64,000 nucleotides of DNA from Arenicellales bacterium (GCA_963422685.1 OY730442.1:1991847-2055846); one strand, 5' to 3'; counted from the first letter of the stretch, positions 31,132 to 43,042 are shown. Notes: a model not told the origin generated them from the sequence alone. Numbers and translations are program-made.

Positions 31132-31163
31132 AAATTTCTTCTGGATATTTAAAGCATAGAACC

Positions 31164-31352
31164 ATGGCTGAACAGAAAACTTTAAAAGTAACGCTCATCC
31201 GCAGTATTCATGGCCGTCTTAAAAAGCACCAGGCCTGTGTCCGTGGGTTGGGGTTGCGTCGTATGCACCACACCGTTGAGGTGCTGGATACACCAGAAAA
31301 CCGTGGCATGATCAATAAGGTCAGCTACATGCTGAAGTGTGAACAAAGCTGA
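31164..31352 (+). CDS. rpmD: 50S ribosomal protein L30
   Basis: [29 protein letters not shown], 62 aa. Confidence 0.93.
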   Translation: MAEQKTLKVTLIRSIHGRLKKHQACVRGLGLRRMHHTVEVLDTPENRGMINKVSYMLKCEQS

Positions 31353-31397
31353 ATTCAGTCAAAAAAAGCTGGTTTAGGAATCAGTATTTTAAAAATT

Positions 31398-31841
31398 ATG
31401 TCATCACTAAGACTAAATACCATTAAGCCGGCGTCTGGCTCGAAAACTGATGCCAGGCGTGTGGGGCGCGGACCCGGTTCGGGTTATGGCAAGACCGCCG
31501 GCCGCGGCTCAAAGGGGCAAAAATCCCGGTCCGGTGGATACCGCAAGGTTGGATTTGAAGGAGGACAAATGCCTTTGCAAAAACGCCTGCCGAAGCGCGG
31601 ATTTCGCGCAAAAGTGAATATTCATACTGCGGAAATACGTCTAAACGAACTGGCTAAAGTTGAAGGCGATGTGGTGGATATGCAATCCTTGCAGAAAGTC
31701 GGTGTGATTGGACTGCATATCAATCGTGCCAGGGCCATTCTTTCTGGAGAAATTGCCCGTGCCGTTACACTCAGGGGGGTCGCTGCAACCAAAGGTGCCC
31801 GAGAGGCCATCGAGCAAGCCGGTGGCGCCATAGAAGAATAG
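31398..31841 (+). CDS. rplO: 50S ribosomal protein L15
   Basis: [43 protein letters not shown], 147 aa. Confidence 0.95.
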   Translation: MSSLRLNTIKPASGSKTDARRVGRGPGSGYGKTAGRGSKGQKSRSGGYRKVGFEGGQMPLQKRLPKRGFRAKVNIHTAEIRLNELAKVEGDVVDMQSLQKVGVIGLHINRARAILSGEIARAVTLRGVAATKGAREAIEQAGGAIEE

Positions 31842-31846
31842 ATATT

Positions 31847-33184
31847 ATGGCCAAAGCAAGATTACCTGCTCCCGGGATGTTCGGCAATTTGTCCGAGCTT
31901 AAACAGCGCATATTATTTTTAATCGGTGCGCTGTTGGTGTTCCGTTTGGGTACGCATATCCCGGTGCCTGGGGTGGACCCGGTTGCAATAGCGGCCTTGT
32001 TTGCACAAACCAAAGGCTCTATCGTTGATATTTTTAACATGTTTTCTGGTGGTGCGCTGAGCAGATTGTCCATCTTTGCTTTGGGTGTCATGCCCTATAT
32101 ATCGGCTTCAATCATCATGCAAGTGATGACCGTAGTGGTTCCAAAACTGGAGCAAATCAAAAAAGAGGGTGAGTCTGGACGAAGAAAAATCACACAATAC
32201 ACGCGATATTTCACTGTGGTGTTAGCCCTGTTCCAGGGCTTGGGCATATCGGTTGCCATCGAGAGCCAGCAGGTAAGCGGCAGCCCGGTTATTCTTATTC
32301 CCGGGCTGGGGTTTAAAATTGTCACCGCAGCGACATTATGCGCCGGCACCATGTTTTTGGTTTGGCTCGGCGATCAAATTACCGAACGCGGCATAGGAAA
32401 AGGAGTTTCGTTGATCATTTTTGCATCCATTGTCGCAGGCCTGCCTTCCGCAGTTGCCGGAACATTGGAGCTTGCCCGAACCGGCGCATTGTCTGGCGGG
32501 CTGGTTTTAGTATTATTTCTGGGCGCGATTGCGGTTACGTATTTTGTGGTATTTGTGGAGCGCGGCCAGCGTCGAATCACGGTCAATTATGCCAAGCGTC
32601 AACAAGGCCGAAAAATGATGGCGGGTCAGGCCAGTCATTTGCCGTTTAAATTGAACATGGCGGGTGTCATTCCACCCATATTTGCCTCCAGCCTGATTTT
32701 GTTTCCAGCAAGTATCGGTAGTTGGTTTGGGCAGGCAGAAGGCATGGGCTGGTTGTCAGATATTGCCACTAAACTACAACCGGGTGAGCCGGTTTACACC
32801 CTGTTTTATGGCGGTATGATCGTTTTCTTCTGCTTTTTCTACACCGCTCTGGTTTTTAATCCCAATGAGATTGCGGATAATTTAAAAAAGTCGGGCGCTT
32901 TTATACCGGGCATTCGACCAGGGGCGCAAAGTGCCAGGTATATCGATGGTGTGGTATCCAGGCTAACCATGGTGGGCGCCATTTACATAACCTTTGTATG
33001 CCTGATACCCGAATTTCTGATCGTTAAATGGAGTGTGCCTTTCTACTTTGGCGGTACTTCATTGTTGATCATTGTGGTGGTAACCATGGACCTGATTTCC
33101 CAGGTGCAATCCCACATGATGTCGCGTCAGTATGAAAGTATTATGAAAAAATCGCCGTTTGCGAAACCTCAGGGTATTCGGTAA
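31847..33184 (+). CDS. secY: Preprotein translocase subunit SecY
   Basis: This 445-aa polytopic protein has [25 protein letters not shown] and [15 protein letters not shown], in the canonical position after rplO. Confidence 0.97.
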   Translation: MAKARLPAPGMFGNLSELKQRILFLIGALLVFRLGTHIPVPGVDPVAIAALFAQTKGSIVDIFNMFSGGALSRLSIFALGVMPYISASIIMQVMTVVVPKLEQIKKEGESGRRKITQYTRYFTVVLALFQGLGISVAIESQQVSGSPVILIPGLGFKIVTAATLCAGTMFLVWLGDQITERGIGKGVSLIIFASIVAGLPSAVAGTLELARTGALSGGLVLVLFLGAIAVTYFVVFVERGQRRITVNYAKRQQGRKMMAGQASHLPFKLNMAGVIPPIFASSLILFPASIGSWFGQAEGMGWLSDIATKLQPGEPVYTLFYGGMIVFFCFFYTALVFNPNEIADNLKKSGAFIPGIRPGAQSARYIDGVVSRLTMVGAIYITFVCLIPEFLIVKWSVPFYFGGTSLLIIVVVTMDLISQVQSHMMSRQYESIMKKSPFAKPQGIR

Positions 33185-33219
33185 ACATCAGTTGGTCAAA
33201 TTGGACTGGAGAGTTGGTA

Positions 33220-33333
33220 ATGAAAGTACGTGCATCGGTTAAAAAAATCTGCCGGAACTGCAAGATTGTTCGCCGGAATCGCACGGTTCGGGTGATTTGC
33301 AGCGACCCGAGACATAAGCAGCGCCAGGGTTAG
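33220..33333 (+). CDS. rpmJ: 50S ribosomal protein L36
   Basis: It is absent from the ORF track (37 aa). My manual translation is [37 protein letters not shown], between secY and rpsM. Confidence 0.95.
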   Translation: MKVRASVKKICRNCKIVRRNRTVRVICSDPRHKQRQG

Positions 33334-33411
33334 GCACGCCTCAATTATTGGATAACCGCCTGAGAAAGTATCGGAAAATATCATTGGGCAAATACAAACA
33401 GAGACGAAAAT

Positions 33412-33768
33412 ATGACACGTATTGCTGGAATAAATTTACCAAATCATAAGCATATTGAGTTGGGGTTGACCGCCATTTACGGTGTCGGTCGGCATACTGC
33501 ACAGCGGATATGCGATGCGGCCGGAATAAATCGGTCCACCAGGGTGCAGGATATCGACCAGGCCCAGGCGGAGAAACTCCGTGCTGAAGTTTCCAGATAT
33601 GAAGTAGAAGGGGACCTCAGAAGGGAAGTTTCCATGAACATCAAACGTCTCATGGATCTGGGTTGTTATAGAGGTATACGGCATCGAAGAGGTTTGCCCG
33701 TAAACGGCCAGCGCACAAAAACCAATGCGCGCACCCGTAAAGGCCCGCCTCGCCCAGTTAAAAAGTAA
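33412..33768 (+). CDS. rpsM: 30S ribosomal protein S13
   Basis: [27 protein letters not shown], 118 aa. Confidence 0.95.
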   Translation: MTRIAGINLPNHKHIELGLTAIYGVGRHTAQRICDAAGINRSTRVQDIDQAQAEKLRAEVSRYEVEGDLRREVSMNIKRLMDLGCYRGIRHRRGLPVNGQRTKTNARTRKGPPRPVKK

Positions 33769-33802
33769 AGCAGCAAATGCAATAGGATTATCTTGATAAA
33801 TT

Positions 33803-34201
33803 ATGGCCAAACCAAGCACAGCCCGCAGTAAAGGAAAGGCGAAAGTCAGAAAAAACGTCACCGAAGGTGTGGCGCATGTTCATGCGACGTTCAATAATAC
33901 AATTATTACCATTTCGGACCGTCATGGTGATACGTTGTGTTGGGCGTCTGCCGGCAATTCGGGATTTAAAGGATCGAGAAAAAGCACTCCGTTTGCAGCC
34001 CAGACAGCGGCTGAAACCTGTGGAAGACGTGCACAGGAAATGGGTGTCAGGCAACTCGAGGTCAGGATCAAGGGGCCGGGGCCTGGGCGGGAATCCGCAG
34101 TCCGCGCTTTAAATGCGCTGGGTTTGGAAATCCATTCCATCTCTGACATTACGCCGACCCCGCACAATGGCTGCCGTCCACCTAAACGGCGTCGTGTATA
34201 G
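33803..34201 (+). CDS. rpsK: 30S ribosomal protein S11
   Basis: [46 protein letters not shown], 132 aa. Confidence 0.95.
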   Translation: MAKPSTARSKGKAKVRKNVTEGVAHVHATFNNTIITISDRHGDTLCWASAGNSGFKGSRKSTPFAAQTAAETCGRRAQEMGVRQLEVRIKGPGPGRESAVRALNALGLEIHSISDITPTPHNGCRPPKRRRV

Positions 34202-34251
34202 GTCAATTTTTGCAAAACTCAATTAAAACAACAGAATTAAGGTACTGCTAA

Positions 34252-34875
34252 ATGGCAAGGTATATAGGCCCAACCTGTAAACTGGCACGACGGGAAGGTA
34301 CGGATTTGTTTTTAAAAAGCCCTACACGCACCATTGATGACAAGTGTAAGTTTGACCGCGCACCTGGTATAAAATCTGCGGGACGGCGTCCGCGCAGCAC
34401 CGTTTATGGAACACAGTTGCGAGAAAAGCAGAAGCTTCGCCGAATCTATGGCGTGCTTGAAAAACAGTTCAGCAATTACTATAAAAAGGCTGCCAAAATT
34501 CCGGGATCAACCGGGTTGAATTTATTGCAGTTGCTGGAAAGCAGGCTGGACAACGTGGTTTACCGATTGGGTTTTGGCGTTACCCGCGCCGAATCCCGCC
34601 AGCTTGTGAGCCACAAGAGCATCATGGTGAACGGCACAAAAGTGAATATCGCGTCCTACCAGGTCAAGCCTGGAGACACGATTGAGGTAGTAGAGAAAAG
34701 CAAAAAACAGTTACGCATAACTTCTGCACTGGAAATCGCTGAGCAAATCGGATTTGTCCCCTGGGTTGAAGTCGATGTGAACGGTGTCAAAGGAAGCTAT
34801 AAATCCATGCCTGAGCGCTCAGACTTGCCGCCGGATATAAATGAGGCTTTGGTGGTTGCGCTGTATTCCAAATAG
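34252..34875 (+). CDS. rpsD: 30S ribosomal protein S4
   Basis: [23 protein letters not shown], 207 aa. Confidence 0.95.
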   Translation: MARYIGPTCKLARREGTDLFLKSPTRTIDDKCKFDRAPGIKSAGRRPRSTVYGTQLREKQKLRRIYGVLEKQFSNYYKKAAKIPGSTGLNLLQLLESRLDNVVYRLGFGVTRAESRQLVSHKSIMVNGTKVNIASYQVKPGDTIEVVEKSKKQLRITSALEIAEQIGFVPWVEVDVNGVKGSYKSMPERSDLPPDINEALVVALYSK

Positions 34876-34958
34876 TCACTTAAAGCAGGCATTTTATTCG
34901 GCAGGTTTTGCTGGCCGGTTTTATTTTTAACTTCTCCTTAAAATTACGAGGAACACAG

Positions 34959-35972
34959 ATGCAGGATCCAACTGTTGAATTTCTTAGGCCACGTCTGGTG
35001 GAAGCGAAAACCATCAATAAACAACATTCTAAAATTACCATAGAGCCATTGGAACGGGGATTTGGTCATACACTTGGCAATGCGCTGCGTAGAATAATGC
35101 TGTCTTCCATGCCTGGATGCGCGGTTACTGAGGTTCGAATTGGAGGCGTACTGCATGAATACTCTACCCTGGAAGGTGTGCAGGAAGACGTAATCGATAT
35201 TTTAATGAACTTAAAATCGCTCCCCGTTATTATGCATAACCGCAGTCAAGCCGTGGTTACCTTGCGTAAAAAAGGTGCCGGAGTGGTGACTGCGGCGGAC
35301 ATCGAATTGACCGACGACGTGGAACTGGTGAACCCTGCTCACCACATTGCTACACTTTCAAAGGATGCAGAGCTCGATATGGAATTGGTCATTCGCCGGG
35401 GCAGGGGCTATGAAACCGCCGAAAGCCGTATGAAAAATTCGGATGACTCCCGTGCGGTCGGTGTTATTCAACTGGACGCTTCATTTAGCCCGATCAGCCG
35501 GATTTCTTATTCGGTGGAAGATGCCCGGGTTGCGCAATTAACAGATTTGGATCGATTAGTAATAGAAATCGAATCGAATGGTTCGGTTGACCCGGAAGCC
35601 GCTGTACGAAGAGCGGCCACATTGTTACACGACCAAATATCGGTTTTCGTTAATCTGGAAGAATCCATGGTTCAAAACAAGGTCGAAGAACAACCGGAAA
35701 TTGATCCGGCCTTGTTGAAGCCGGTTGATGACCTTGAGCTGACCGTTCGCTCAGCAAATTGCCTGAAGGCCGAGAATATTTATTATATTGGTGATTTGGT
35801 TCAACATACCGAAACCGAATTGTTAAAAACCCCTAATCTGGGTAAAAAATCACTTACCGAGATTAAAGACGTGCTTGCACACAGAAACCTGGAATTGGGT
35901 ATAAAACTTGAAAACTGGCCGCCTGCATCATTGGTTAAGGATGATGGAAGTCGGCCCCTGGGAATGCTTTAA
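34959..35972 (+). CDS. rpoA: DNA-directed RNA polymerase subunit alpha
   Basis: [46 protein letters not shown] plus the C-terminal-domain sequence [23 protein letters not shown] identify rpoA. I moved the start to the ATG at 34959 (GAGGAA upstream), giving 337 aa. Confidence 0.96.
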   Translation: MQDPTVEFLRPRLVEAKTINKQHSKITIEPLERGFGHTLGNALRRIMLSSMPGCAVTEVRIGGVLHEYSTLEGVQEDVIDILMNLKSLPVIMHNRSQAVVTLRKKGAGVVTAADIELTDDVELVNPAHHIATLSKDAELDMELVIRRGRGYETAESRMKNSDDSRAVGVIQLDASFSPISRISYSVEDARVAQLTDLDRLVIEIESNGSVDPEAAVRRAATLLHDQISVFVNLEESMVQNKVEEQPEIDPALLKPVDDLELTVRSANCLKAENIYYIGDLVQHTETELLKTPNLGKKSLTEIKDVLAHRNLELGIKLENWPPASLVKDDGSRPLGML

Positions 35973-35977
35973 GAAAA

Positions 35978-36361
35978 ATGAGACATAAAATTGCCGGGCG
36001 GAAACTTGGCCGCACCTCATCCCATCGAAAAGCCATGTTTGGCAATATGGCTAATTCGTTGTTTTTACACGAGCAAATCAAAACTACTTTGCCAAAAGCC
36101 AAAGAGCTGAGAAGATTTGCCGAGCCGCTTATCACGTTATCGAAAACTGCGAGCGTGGCTAATCGCCGCCTGGCGTTTGCCAGACTTCGCAACCGCGCCA
36201 CGGTAGGGAAATTGTTCGATGAACTGGGACCCCGCTTTAAACAGCGTCCGGGTGGTTACCTTAGAATATTGAAATGTGGATTTCGTGCAGGGGACAACGC
36301 ACCGATGGCCTATGTCCAATTAGTTGACCGGCCTTTGGGTGAGAAAGCCGGAGACGATTAA
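35978..36361 (+). CDS. rplQ: 50S ribosomal protein L17
   Basis: [28 protein letters not shown], 127 aa. Confidence 0.95.
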   Translation: MRHKIAGRKLGRTSSHRKAMFGNMANSLFLHEQIKTTLPKAKELRRFAEPLITLSKTASVANRRLAFARLRNRATVGKLFDELGPRFKQRPGGYLRILKCGFRAGDNAPMAYVQLVDRPLGEKAGDD

Positions 36362-36572
36362 CCCGGCGGCTGTTGTGCGCCTTCAGCATGTTTAATCTAA
36401 GGGCACCTGTAAATACCTCGGCCAGGTAATGTTTAAGTAACGGTTAAGGGAAGCGTTCTGGCATTTTTCCTTATTATTAGTCAGGCGATACCCGTTATGC
36501 CCGGTCACGCTGCATGGCATGGGGATGACTTGGGTTTCCGCATGGTTGACTGCGATATAACCGCATAAGGTT

Positions 36573-37766
36573 ATGAAACAATATCTGGCAAAACTCAAAA
36601 CTCCTGAAATGCTGCTGATGCTGATGGCAGCCGCTGTGCCATTGTCATTTTCAACCTGGTCAGCGCTGATTAATAACTTCGCAGTGGAAAAAGCCGCACT
36701 CAATGGCGCTGAATTTGGCATGTTGCAGAGCATCAGGGAAGCCCCCGGATTCCTCGCCTTCCTGGTGGTATTTCTCCTGCTGTATTTTCGCGAACAGAAA
36801 ATCGCAGTAGTCTCCCTGCTGATGCTGGGCATCGGCACAGCGATTACCGGGTATTTCCCCACCGTGATGGGGCTGTTTTGCACCACATTGCTGATGTCTG
36901 TGGGCTATCACTACTTTGAAACCATCCAGAATTCGCTATCGCTGCAATGGATTGAGAAAGCGCGGACGCCTTACGTTTTGGGAAAATTAATTGCGGTGGG
37001 GTCGTTTACATCGCTGGTGGCCTACTTGCTTATATTTCTGGGTTTGAAAGTGTTGGGCCTTGAATATTCATCCACACTGACTTTGGCCGGGGGGCTGACA
37101 GTGATGATCGCAATCATCGCCTGGAGCGGTTATCCCCATTATCCGGGCAACACAGTTCAGAATAAAAAGCTGGTATTGAGAAAACGTTACTGGTTGTACT
37201 ATGCACTTACTTTCCTGTCCGGCGCCAGGCGACAGATTTTCGTGGTTTTTGCAGGGTTCATGATGGTTGAGAAATTTGGCTACAGCGCCGCCGCCTTAAC
37301 CCTGTTGTTTTTGGTCAACTGCGCAATCAATATCTGGTTGGCGCCACAAATCGGCAGGTTGGTAGCGAGCTGGGGCGAGCGCAATGCGCTCACTTTTGAG
37401 TACATTGGTTTGATAATCATTTTTGTCAGTTATGCCTTCGTGTGGGACCAGAATATTGCCGCAGCGTTGTATGTTCTTGACCACCTTTTTTTCGCCTTGG
37501 CTATTGCGATGAAAACCTATTTTCAGAAGATTGCCGATCAAGCCGACATTGCCTCCACAGCGGGCGTGTCCTTCACTATCAATCATATCGCAGCGGTTAT
37601 TTTGCCGGTCACACTGGGTGTTGTTTGGTTATCTTCGCCTGCGGCCGTGTTTTTATGCGGCGCAGGGTTTGCTTCTTTATCGTTGATACTGTGTTTGCTG
37701 GTTCCCGACGAGCCCGCAGCCGGCAATGAGGTCAGACTGCCATTCCAGGTCGAAACCGCGCGATAG
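36573..37766 (+). CDS. Polytopic membrane transporter, probably major facilitator superfamily
   Basis: The 397-aa protein has about 11-12 hydrophobic segments in a two-halves arrangement. I recognise no specific substrate family. Confidence 0.6.
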   Translation: MKQYLAKLKTPEMLLMLMAAAVPLSFSTWSALINNFAVEKAALNGAEFGMLQSIREAPGFLAFLVVFLLLYFREQKIAVVSLLMLGIGTAITGYFPTVMGLFCTTLLMSVGYHYFETIQNSLSLQWIEKARTPYVLGKLIAVGSFTSLVAYLLIFLGLKVLGLEYSSTLTLAGGLTVMIAIIAWSGYPHYPGNTVQNKKLVLRKRYWLYYALTFLSGARRQIFVVFAGFMMVEKFGYSAAALTLLFLVNCAINIWLAPQIGRLVASWGERNALTFEYIGLIIIFVSYAFVWDQNIAAALYVLDHLFFALAIAMKTYFQKIADQADIASTAGVSFTINHIAAVILPVTLGVVWLSSPAAVFLCGAGFASLSLILCLLVPDEPAAGNEVRLPFQVETAR

Positions 37767-37789
37767 ATTCAAGCCCTGCAAAAATCAAC

Positions 37790-38060
37790 ATGCGCACTGG
37801 TGGCCCCAGGCCAGACATCGGCGACCAGGCGGCAATTTTTGAAGCCGTGCATGGCCCAGCGCCGGATATTGGCGACAAGAGGACAGCCAGCCCATTTGCC
37901 ATGATACTGGCTGCCTCAAATGCCTGATCAACTGGATATGCCGGAAAAGGCAAAATTGATTGAAGATGGCATCAATCAAATGGTTGCCGACGGTGATCGT
38001 TTGGCCGCAGATTTAGGCGGCCACGTGACCACCCGGGAAATAACGGACGCCTTGATTTAG
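37790..38060 (+). pseudogene. Frameshifted 3' remnant of an isocitrate/isopropylmalate-dehydrogenase-family gene
   Basis: Frame 1 reads ...GGPRPDIGDQAAIFEAVHGPAPDIGDKRTASPFAMILAASNA* (compare the family motif FE..HGSAPDIAGK..ANP.A.ILS). A shifted frame from 37920 continues MPDQLDMPEKAKLIEDGINQMVADGDRLAADLGGHVTTREITDALI*, the family-typical C-terminus. No N-terminal roughly 250 aa is present upstream. Confidence 0.65.
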
Positions 38061-38229
38061 TGACTATAGATATTGCGCATAAATTATGTCTCGGACAAAC
38101 GCTTGTTTTCGGACAGACAGCCCATGGTTACCGATAGTCACAACGGGCTTTTTCGCATGTGCCAATCCTTGTTAAATATTTAATCTGCTTGTTATTCAGC
38201 TTCATGCGCCGGGTTTAACTCCATACCCC

Positions 38230-38871
38230 ATGTCCAGGAACCGTCCGAATAAAAAGGGCAAAAAGTCGAATCAGTGGGTTGTCAGACAAAATCGTGACCC
38301 GTTTGTGAAACAGGCGAAGAGTCAGGGTTTAAGGGCGCGGTCCGTATTCAAACTTGCGCAGATAGATAAAAAATTTCGACTGATCAAGCCGCAGTCGAGC
38401 ATAATTGATCTGGGCTCAACCCCGGGCAGTTGGTCACAATATGCGGCAGCCAGGGTTTCAGGAGAAAATCAGATTGTGAGCGTGGATTTACTGCCCATGC
38501 GGGCAATCGCCAAGGTCCGGTTTATACAAGGCGATTTTACGGATGCCCATATTCGACAGCAGATCATCGATTGCTGCGGATGCGGTAAAATTGACCTTGT
38601 TTTATCAGATATGGCCCCCAATATCACGGGTATACGTATCACCGATCAAGCCAAAGCGCAGGAATTACAGGATGCTATATTGGAATTTTGTCTCAACGCA
38701 CTGGATTTGCGCGGAAATTTGCTGACCAAGTTATTTGCAGGAGAGCTTGCAAACCTTGCCCGCAACCGGTTCAGTCATCATTTCGACCAAGTGCAAATGA
38801 TTAAACCCGATGCGTCACGACCTGAATCCAAAGAAATTTACCTGCTGGCGCGCGGATTTAACCTTGCTTGA
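38230..38871 (+). CDS. rlmE: 23S rRNA (uridine2552-2'-O)-methyltransferase RlmE (FtsJ)
   Basis: WVVRQNRDPFVKQAKSQGLRARSVFKL, the SAM motif IIDLGSTPGSWSQ, and DLVLSDMAPN. It sits in the conserved rlmE-ftsH pairing. Confidence 0.92.
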   Translation: MSRNRPNKKGKKSNQWVVRQNRDPFVKQAKSQGLRARSVFKLAQIDKKFRLIKPQSSIIDLGSTPGSWSQYAAARVSGENQIVSVDLLPMRAIAKVRFIQGDFTDAHIRQQIIDCCGCGKIDLVLSDMAPNITGIRITDQAKAQELQDAILEFCLNALDLRGNLLTKLFAGELANLARNRFSHHFDQVQMIKPDASRPESKEIYLLARGFNLA

Positions 38872-38958
38872 CGCCTGGCATTGCCGGGCAGGCCCTTTTT
38901 CGCTGGATACCGTATAATCAGCATTTGATTTTAATCGTTTTTACCTGGAGCATTCAAT

Positions 38959-40896
38959 TTGCCTAATTTGACAAAAAATATATTACTCTGGCTGGTTATC
39001 GCCATGGTATTGATGTCGGTGTTTAACAATTTCACTAATCCAGATGCCAGCACGGACAGCGAAATCAACTATTCTGAATTTCTGGCCCAGGTCCGACAAG
39101 GCAGCGTCTCGGCGGTCGAGATTGATGATGAGATTATTCGTGGCCGGACGCATACTGGCGGGTCGTTTATTACTTACGCCCCCGATGATCCAAAACTGGT
39201 GGATGAACTGGTTTCCAATCAGGTCGATATCAAAGCTAAAAAAGAAGAAGAGACTTCCCTTTTGGTGCATTTGTTGATCAGTTCATTCCCCATATTGTTG
39301 CTTATTGGCGTGTGGATTTTCTTTATGAAGCAGATGCAGGGCGGCGGTCGTGGTGGTGCGTTGAGTTTTGGCAAGAGCAAAGCCCGAATGCTCACCGAAG
39401 ATAAAAACCAGATTACCTTCGAAGATGTGGCCGGGGTGGATGAAGCCAAAGAAGAAGTAGAAGAGTTAGTAGAATTTTTAAAAGATCCCTCGCGCTTCAG
39501 AAAACTTGGCGGGCGTATCCCTCGCGGAGTATTGATGACAGGAAATCCGGGTACGGGTAAAACGTTACTGGCAAAAGCCATTGCGGGCGAAGCAAAAGTG
39601 CCCTTCTTTACTATTTCCGGTTCTGACTTTGTTGAAATGTTTGTCGGTGTCGGCGCATCCCGGGTTCGAGACATGTTTGATCAGGCAAAAAAACACGCGC
39701 CCTGTATCATATTTATCGATGAAATCGACGCAGTGGGCCGACAACGCGGGGCTGGCCTTGGCGGTGGGCACGATGAGCGCGAGCAAACCCTGAATCAACT
39801 GCTGGTGGAAATGGATGGATTTGATGCTGGCGAAGGGGTTATTGTCATCGCCGCGACCAACCGGCCGGATGTGCTGGACCCGGCGTTATTACGGCCGGGT
39901 CGATTTGACCGTCAAGTTACGGTGCCATTGCCCGATATCCGTGGCAGAGAGGCGATATTGAATGTACACATGAGAAAAGTACCCCTGGATGAGGACATCA
40001 ATACGGCCATAATCGCGCGCGGCACGCCGGGATTTTCCGGCGCGGACCTTGCCAATCTGATCAATGAAGCTGCCTTGTTTGCGGCCCGGCAAGGTAAAAA
40101 AGTGGTGAGTATGAAGCAGTTCGAAAAAGCCAAGGACAAGGTATTAATGGGCGTGGAACGACGTTCCATCGTCATGCCCGAAGAAGAGCGAAGAAACACG
40201 GCATATCATGAGTCCGGACATACCGTGGTGGCTAAGGTACTGTCTGAAAACACCGACCCGGTGCATAAAGTGACCATCATTCCGCGTGGAAGAGCGCTGG
40301 GAGTAACCATGCAGCTTCCGGTTGAAGATCGATACAGTCATAACCGCGAATACCTGCTGGCCAGAATCGCCGTATTAATGGGCGGGCGGATTGCGGAAGA
40401 AGTGTTCATGAATCAGATGACCACCGGGGCTTCAAACGATTTTGAGCAGGCTACGCAGTTAGCGCAAAACATGGTTTCGCGCTGGGGAATGAGTGATGCG
40501 CTGGGTACGCGGGTATACGGTGACAATCAAAGCGAAGTGTTTCTGGGGCGGGAAATGTCCACTCACCGTAATGTCAGCCCGGAAACTGCGGAAAAAGTAG
40601 AAAAAGAAGTCAGCCGGATTATCGAGCAGGAATACGCCCGTGCGCGGAAGATCATCGAGAAAAACAGCGACAAGATAAAAGTGATGGCCGCAGCATTGCT
40701 TGAATGGGAAACACTGGATTCCAGTCAGGTTGATGAAATCATGGCAGGCAGGAAGCCGACCCCGCAGCCCGAAACAAACCACAAGGACAAAAAACCAAAA
40801 GGCGGTGCGCCCACAAACCAGTCCTCATCAGACGACGCGCCCTCGCTGGATGAATCTGATCTGGATTTGCCCGACCCGACGCCCCGTTTGCACTGA
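38959..40896 (+). CDS. ftsH: ATP-dependent zinc metalloprotease FtsH
   Basis: The 645-aa protein has a TTG start with GGAG upstream, Walker [34 protein letters not shown], and the zinc motif HESGHTV. Confidence 0.96.
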   Translation: MPNLTKNILLWLVIAMVLMSVFNNFTNPDASTDSEINYSEFLAQVRQGSVSAVEIDDEIIRGRTHTGGSFITYAPDDPKLVDELVSNQVDIKAKKEEETSLLVHLLISSFPILLLIGVWIFFMKQMQGGGRGGALSFGKSKARMLTEDKNQITFEDVAGVDEAKEEVEELVEFLKDPSRFRKLGGRIPRGVLMTGNPGTGKTLLAKAIAGEAKVPFFTISGSDFVEMFVGVGASRVRDMFDQAKKHAPCIIFIDEIDAVGRQRGAGLGGGHDEREQTLNQLLVEMDGFDAGEGVIVIAATNRPDVLDPALLRPGRFDRQVTVPLPDIRGREAILNVHMRKVPLDEDINTAIIARGTPGFSGADLANLINEAALFAARQGKKVVSMKQFEKAKDKVLMGVERRSIVMPEEERRNTAYHESGHTVVAKVLSENTDPVHKVTIIPRGRALGVTMQLPVEDRYSHNREYLLARIAVLMGGRIAEEVFMNQMTTGASNDFEQATQLAQNMVSRWGMSDALGTRVYGDNQSEVFLGREMSTHRNVSPETAEKVEKEVSRIIEQEYARARKIIEKNSDKIKVMAAALLEWETLDSSQVDEIMAGRKPTPQPETNHKDKKPKGGAPTNQSSSDDAPSLDESDLDLPDPTPRLH

Positions 40897-40914
40897 TAAA
40901 TCCCGGTTAATCAG

Positions 40915-42264
40915 ATGCTGGATTCGCTGTTTGGTACCGACGGTGTACGGGGAAAAGTTGGCGCAGAACCGATAACGCCGCAAACCGTCCTGAAGCTTGG
41001 CTGGGCCGCCGGCCGGGTATTTTCCAAAGTGGGCCGCGGCGACAAGGTTTTAATTGGTAAGGATACCCGGATTTCAGGGTACATGCTGGAATCCGCGCTG
41101 GAGGCAGGATTTTCTTCAGCCGGGGTAAATGTTTCCTTGCTCGGCCCCATGCCTTCACCGGGCATTGCCTATCTGACCCGGACGGCCCGGGCTTGCGCGG
41201 GTATCGTGATCAGCGCTTCCCACAATCTCTACTACGATAATGGTATAAAAATCTTCTCGCCGGAAGGAACCAAGCTGGAGGATGACCTGCTGGCAGAAAT
41301 TGATGCCATGATGGAGCAGCCATTGTGCTGCGTTGCCTCGGCCGATCTGGGCCGGGCGGAAAGATTTCCTGATGCAAGCGGGCGCTATATCGAGCATTGT
41401 AAAAGCACATTTGATGAATCGAAGTCTTTAACTGATTTGAAAATCGTGGTGGACTGTGCAAATGGCGCAGCTTATGACGTTGCTCCCCGGGTTTTGACCG
41501 AACTTGGGGCAAATGCAACCATTATTGCCAATCAACCCGACGGGTTTAATATCAATGACGGCTGTGGCTCGACGGATTTAACAGTACTCAAACAGGAAGT
41601 GGTGGAATCTGGCGCCGACATCGGAATTGCTCTGGACGGCGATGCAGATCGGGTTTTTCTGGTGGACCACAAGGGAAATGAAATTAACGGCGACCAGATT
41701 CTCTATATCCTTGCAAATCACCGGCACTCGCTGGACAAGCTGCAAGGCGGTGTTGTCGGTACATTGATGACCAATCTCGGACTGGAACGGGCGTTTGAAA
41801 ATAAATCCATACCATTTCAACGGACCAAAGTAGGTGATCGCTATGTTCATGAGGCGCTAGTGGCAAACGCTTGGTGGTTGGGCGGCGAAGCATCGGGACA
41901 TATTATTTGCCGCGACAAATCCTCAACCGGGGATGGCATCGTCGCCGCCCTGGAAGTGTTGGAAGTGATGGTTCAAACCGGGAAACCCCTGGCCCAACTG
42001 ATGCACGGGCTGGAAATTTTTCCACAACACAGGATTGATGTGCCCATTGGTAATGGGCATTCAAAGGAGTTGCTAAATCACAGGCAGGTACTAAAAGAGG
42101 TTGCAGCGGCGGAACACAGCCTGGGGCGAACCGGTCGGGTTGTACTGCGACCCTCCGGCACCGAGCCGGTATTTCGGGTAATGATCGAAGGCAGCAACCC
42201 GAGTCAGGTGCAAACACTGACCCGGCAAATAGCCTCGGCGGTTAAGCTGGTCACAGCCAGTTAG
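40915..42264 (+). CDS. glmM: Phosphoglucosamine mutase
   Basis: FGTDGVRGKVG, the active-site sequence GIVISASHNLYYDNGIKIF, and GIALDGDADRV, 449 aa. Confidence 0.95.
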   Translation: MLDSLFGTDGVRGKVGAEPITPQTVLKLGWAAGRVFSKVGRGDKVLIGKDTRISGYMLESALEAGFSSAGVNVSLLGPMPSPGIAYLTRTARACAGIVISASHNLYYDNGIKIFSPEGTKLEDDLLAEIDAMMEQPLCCVASADLGRAERFPDASGRYIEHCKSTFDESKSLTDLKIVVDCANGAAYDVAPRVLTELGANATIIANQPDGFNINDGCGSTDLTVLKQEVVESGADIGIALDGDADRVFLVDHKGNEINGDQILYILANHRHSLDKLQGGVVGTLMTNLGLERAFENKSIPFQRTKVGDRYVHEALVANAWWLGGEASGHIICRDKSSTGDGIVAALEVLEVMVQTGKPLAQLMHGLEIFPQHRIDVPIGNGHSKELLNHRQVLKEVAAAEHSLGRTGRVVLRPSGTEPVFRVMIEGSNPSQVQTLTRQIASAVKLVTAS

Positions 42265-42390
42265 GCTACATTACCAGGATTTTTTCGAGGATTTTTTTGT
42301 CAGCGCTGAGGCAATCGCGCCGAAAATCGCATCCCGCAGCGGCAAAAACCAGCGACGCCGCAAGCGCGGGAAAAGACGAATAATCGAACC

Positions 42391-42855
42391 CTATAGCTTG
42401 CCCGGATTTTTGATGTTTTTAGCCGGCAGAGGTTGATTTCTGGTCAGCCGAAGTTTGGAAGATCTGCTGTCGGCCGGGATATGCGTTTCTTCCATATCCA
42501 CCGAACCTTTATACTGGCAACCATCATCCAGCGACACTCTGGGGGAGCGTATATTCCCGGCAACCCGACCAGAGGGTCTGATCGTAACCTGTTCACTGGC
42601 GCGCAACTCGCCTTTTACCTCCCCCTCAACGCTAATATTCTTGGCGGTCACATTGGCATTTACTCGACCTTTTACACCGACCACGATGCTGTTTTCCCTG
42701 AAGTTGATAGCGCCATCAATATTGCCGTTAATATGGATATCTTCTTTACCGCTGACCTCTCCCACGATTATTATGGATTCACCGATTGTTGCCATGGGGC
42801 TTTTTGTGTGAGATTCGCTTCCCGGGTTTTCGGGTTGATCTGGTTGTTCATTCAT
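42391..42855 (-). CDS. Bactofilin-family cytoskeletal protein
   Basis: The repetitive beta-helix-type core IIVGEVSGKEDIHINGNIDGAINFRENSIVVGVKGRVNANVTAKNISVEGEVKGELRASEQVTIRPSGRVAGNIRSPRVSLDDG is typical of bactofilins (DUF583). I prefer the ATG at 42855 (MNEQPDQ...) over the ORF-track 42930. Confidence 0.8.
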   Translation of the reverse strand: MNEQPDQPENPGSESHTKSPMATIGESIIIVGEVSGKEDIHINGNIDGAINFRENSIVVGVKGRVNANVTAKNISVEGEVKGELRASEQVTIRPSGRVAGNIRSPRVSLDDGCQYKGSVDMEETHIPADSRSSKLRLTRNQPLPAKNIKNPGKL

Positions 42856-43042
42856 TATGTTGTGTCCTGGCTGACTTTTTCTGGCGAATAGTCTAACGCC
42901 TCCCCGAATAATTCTCCATACATGGCGCAAACACCAGTGGTTTATATTTTAAATTAAATGGATGCTGAATATTTTCCGGTTTGATTTTCATGCGCTTGTG
43001 ACCCCTGCAGACCAGGCGCTAATGAGAGAAATTCAAACAAAA

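Noticed and set aside
36392-36886. A 164-aa minus-strand ORF downstream of rplQ
   Set aside because: It overlaps the 5' third of the much longer, clearly membrane-protein-like plus-strand ORF (36573-37766). Its sequence is not protein-like.
37732-37979. Minus-strand ORFs of 73 aa and 64 aa in the MFS-rlmE spacer
   Set aside because: They are antisense to the recognisable Iso_dh-family pseudogene remnant on the plus strand, which explains the open frames better.
42265-42390. A possible small basic/hydrophobic ORF directly downstream of the bactofilin gene on the minus strand
   Set aside because: There is no ATG or GTG start and no RBS. It is open only from a TTG or ATT and ends after about 35 codons, which is insufficient evidence.
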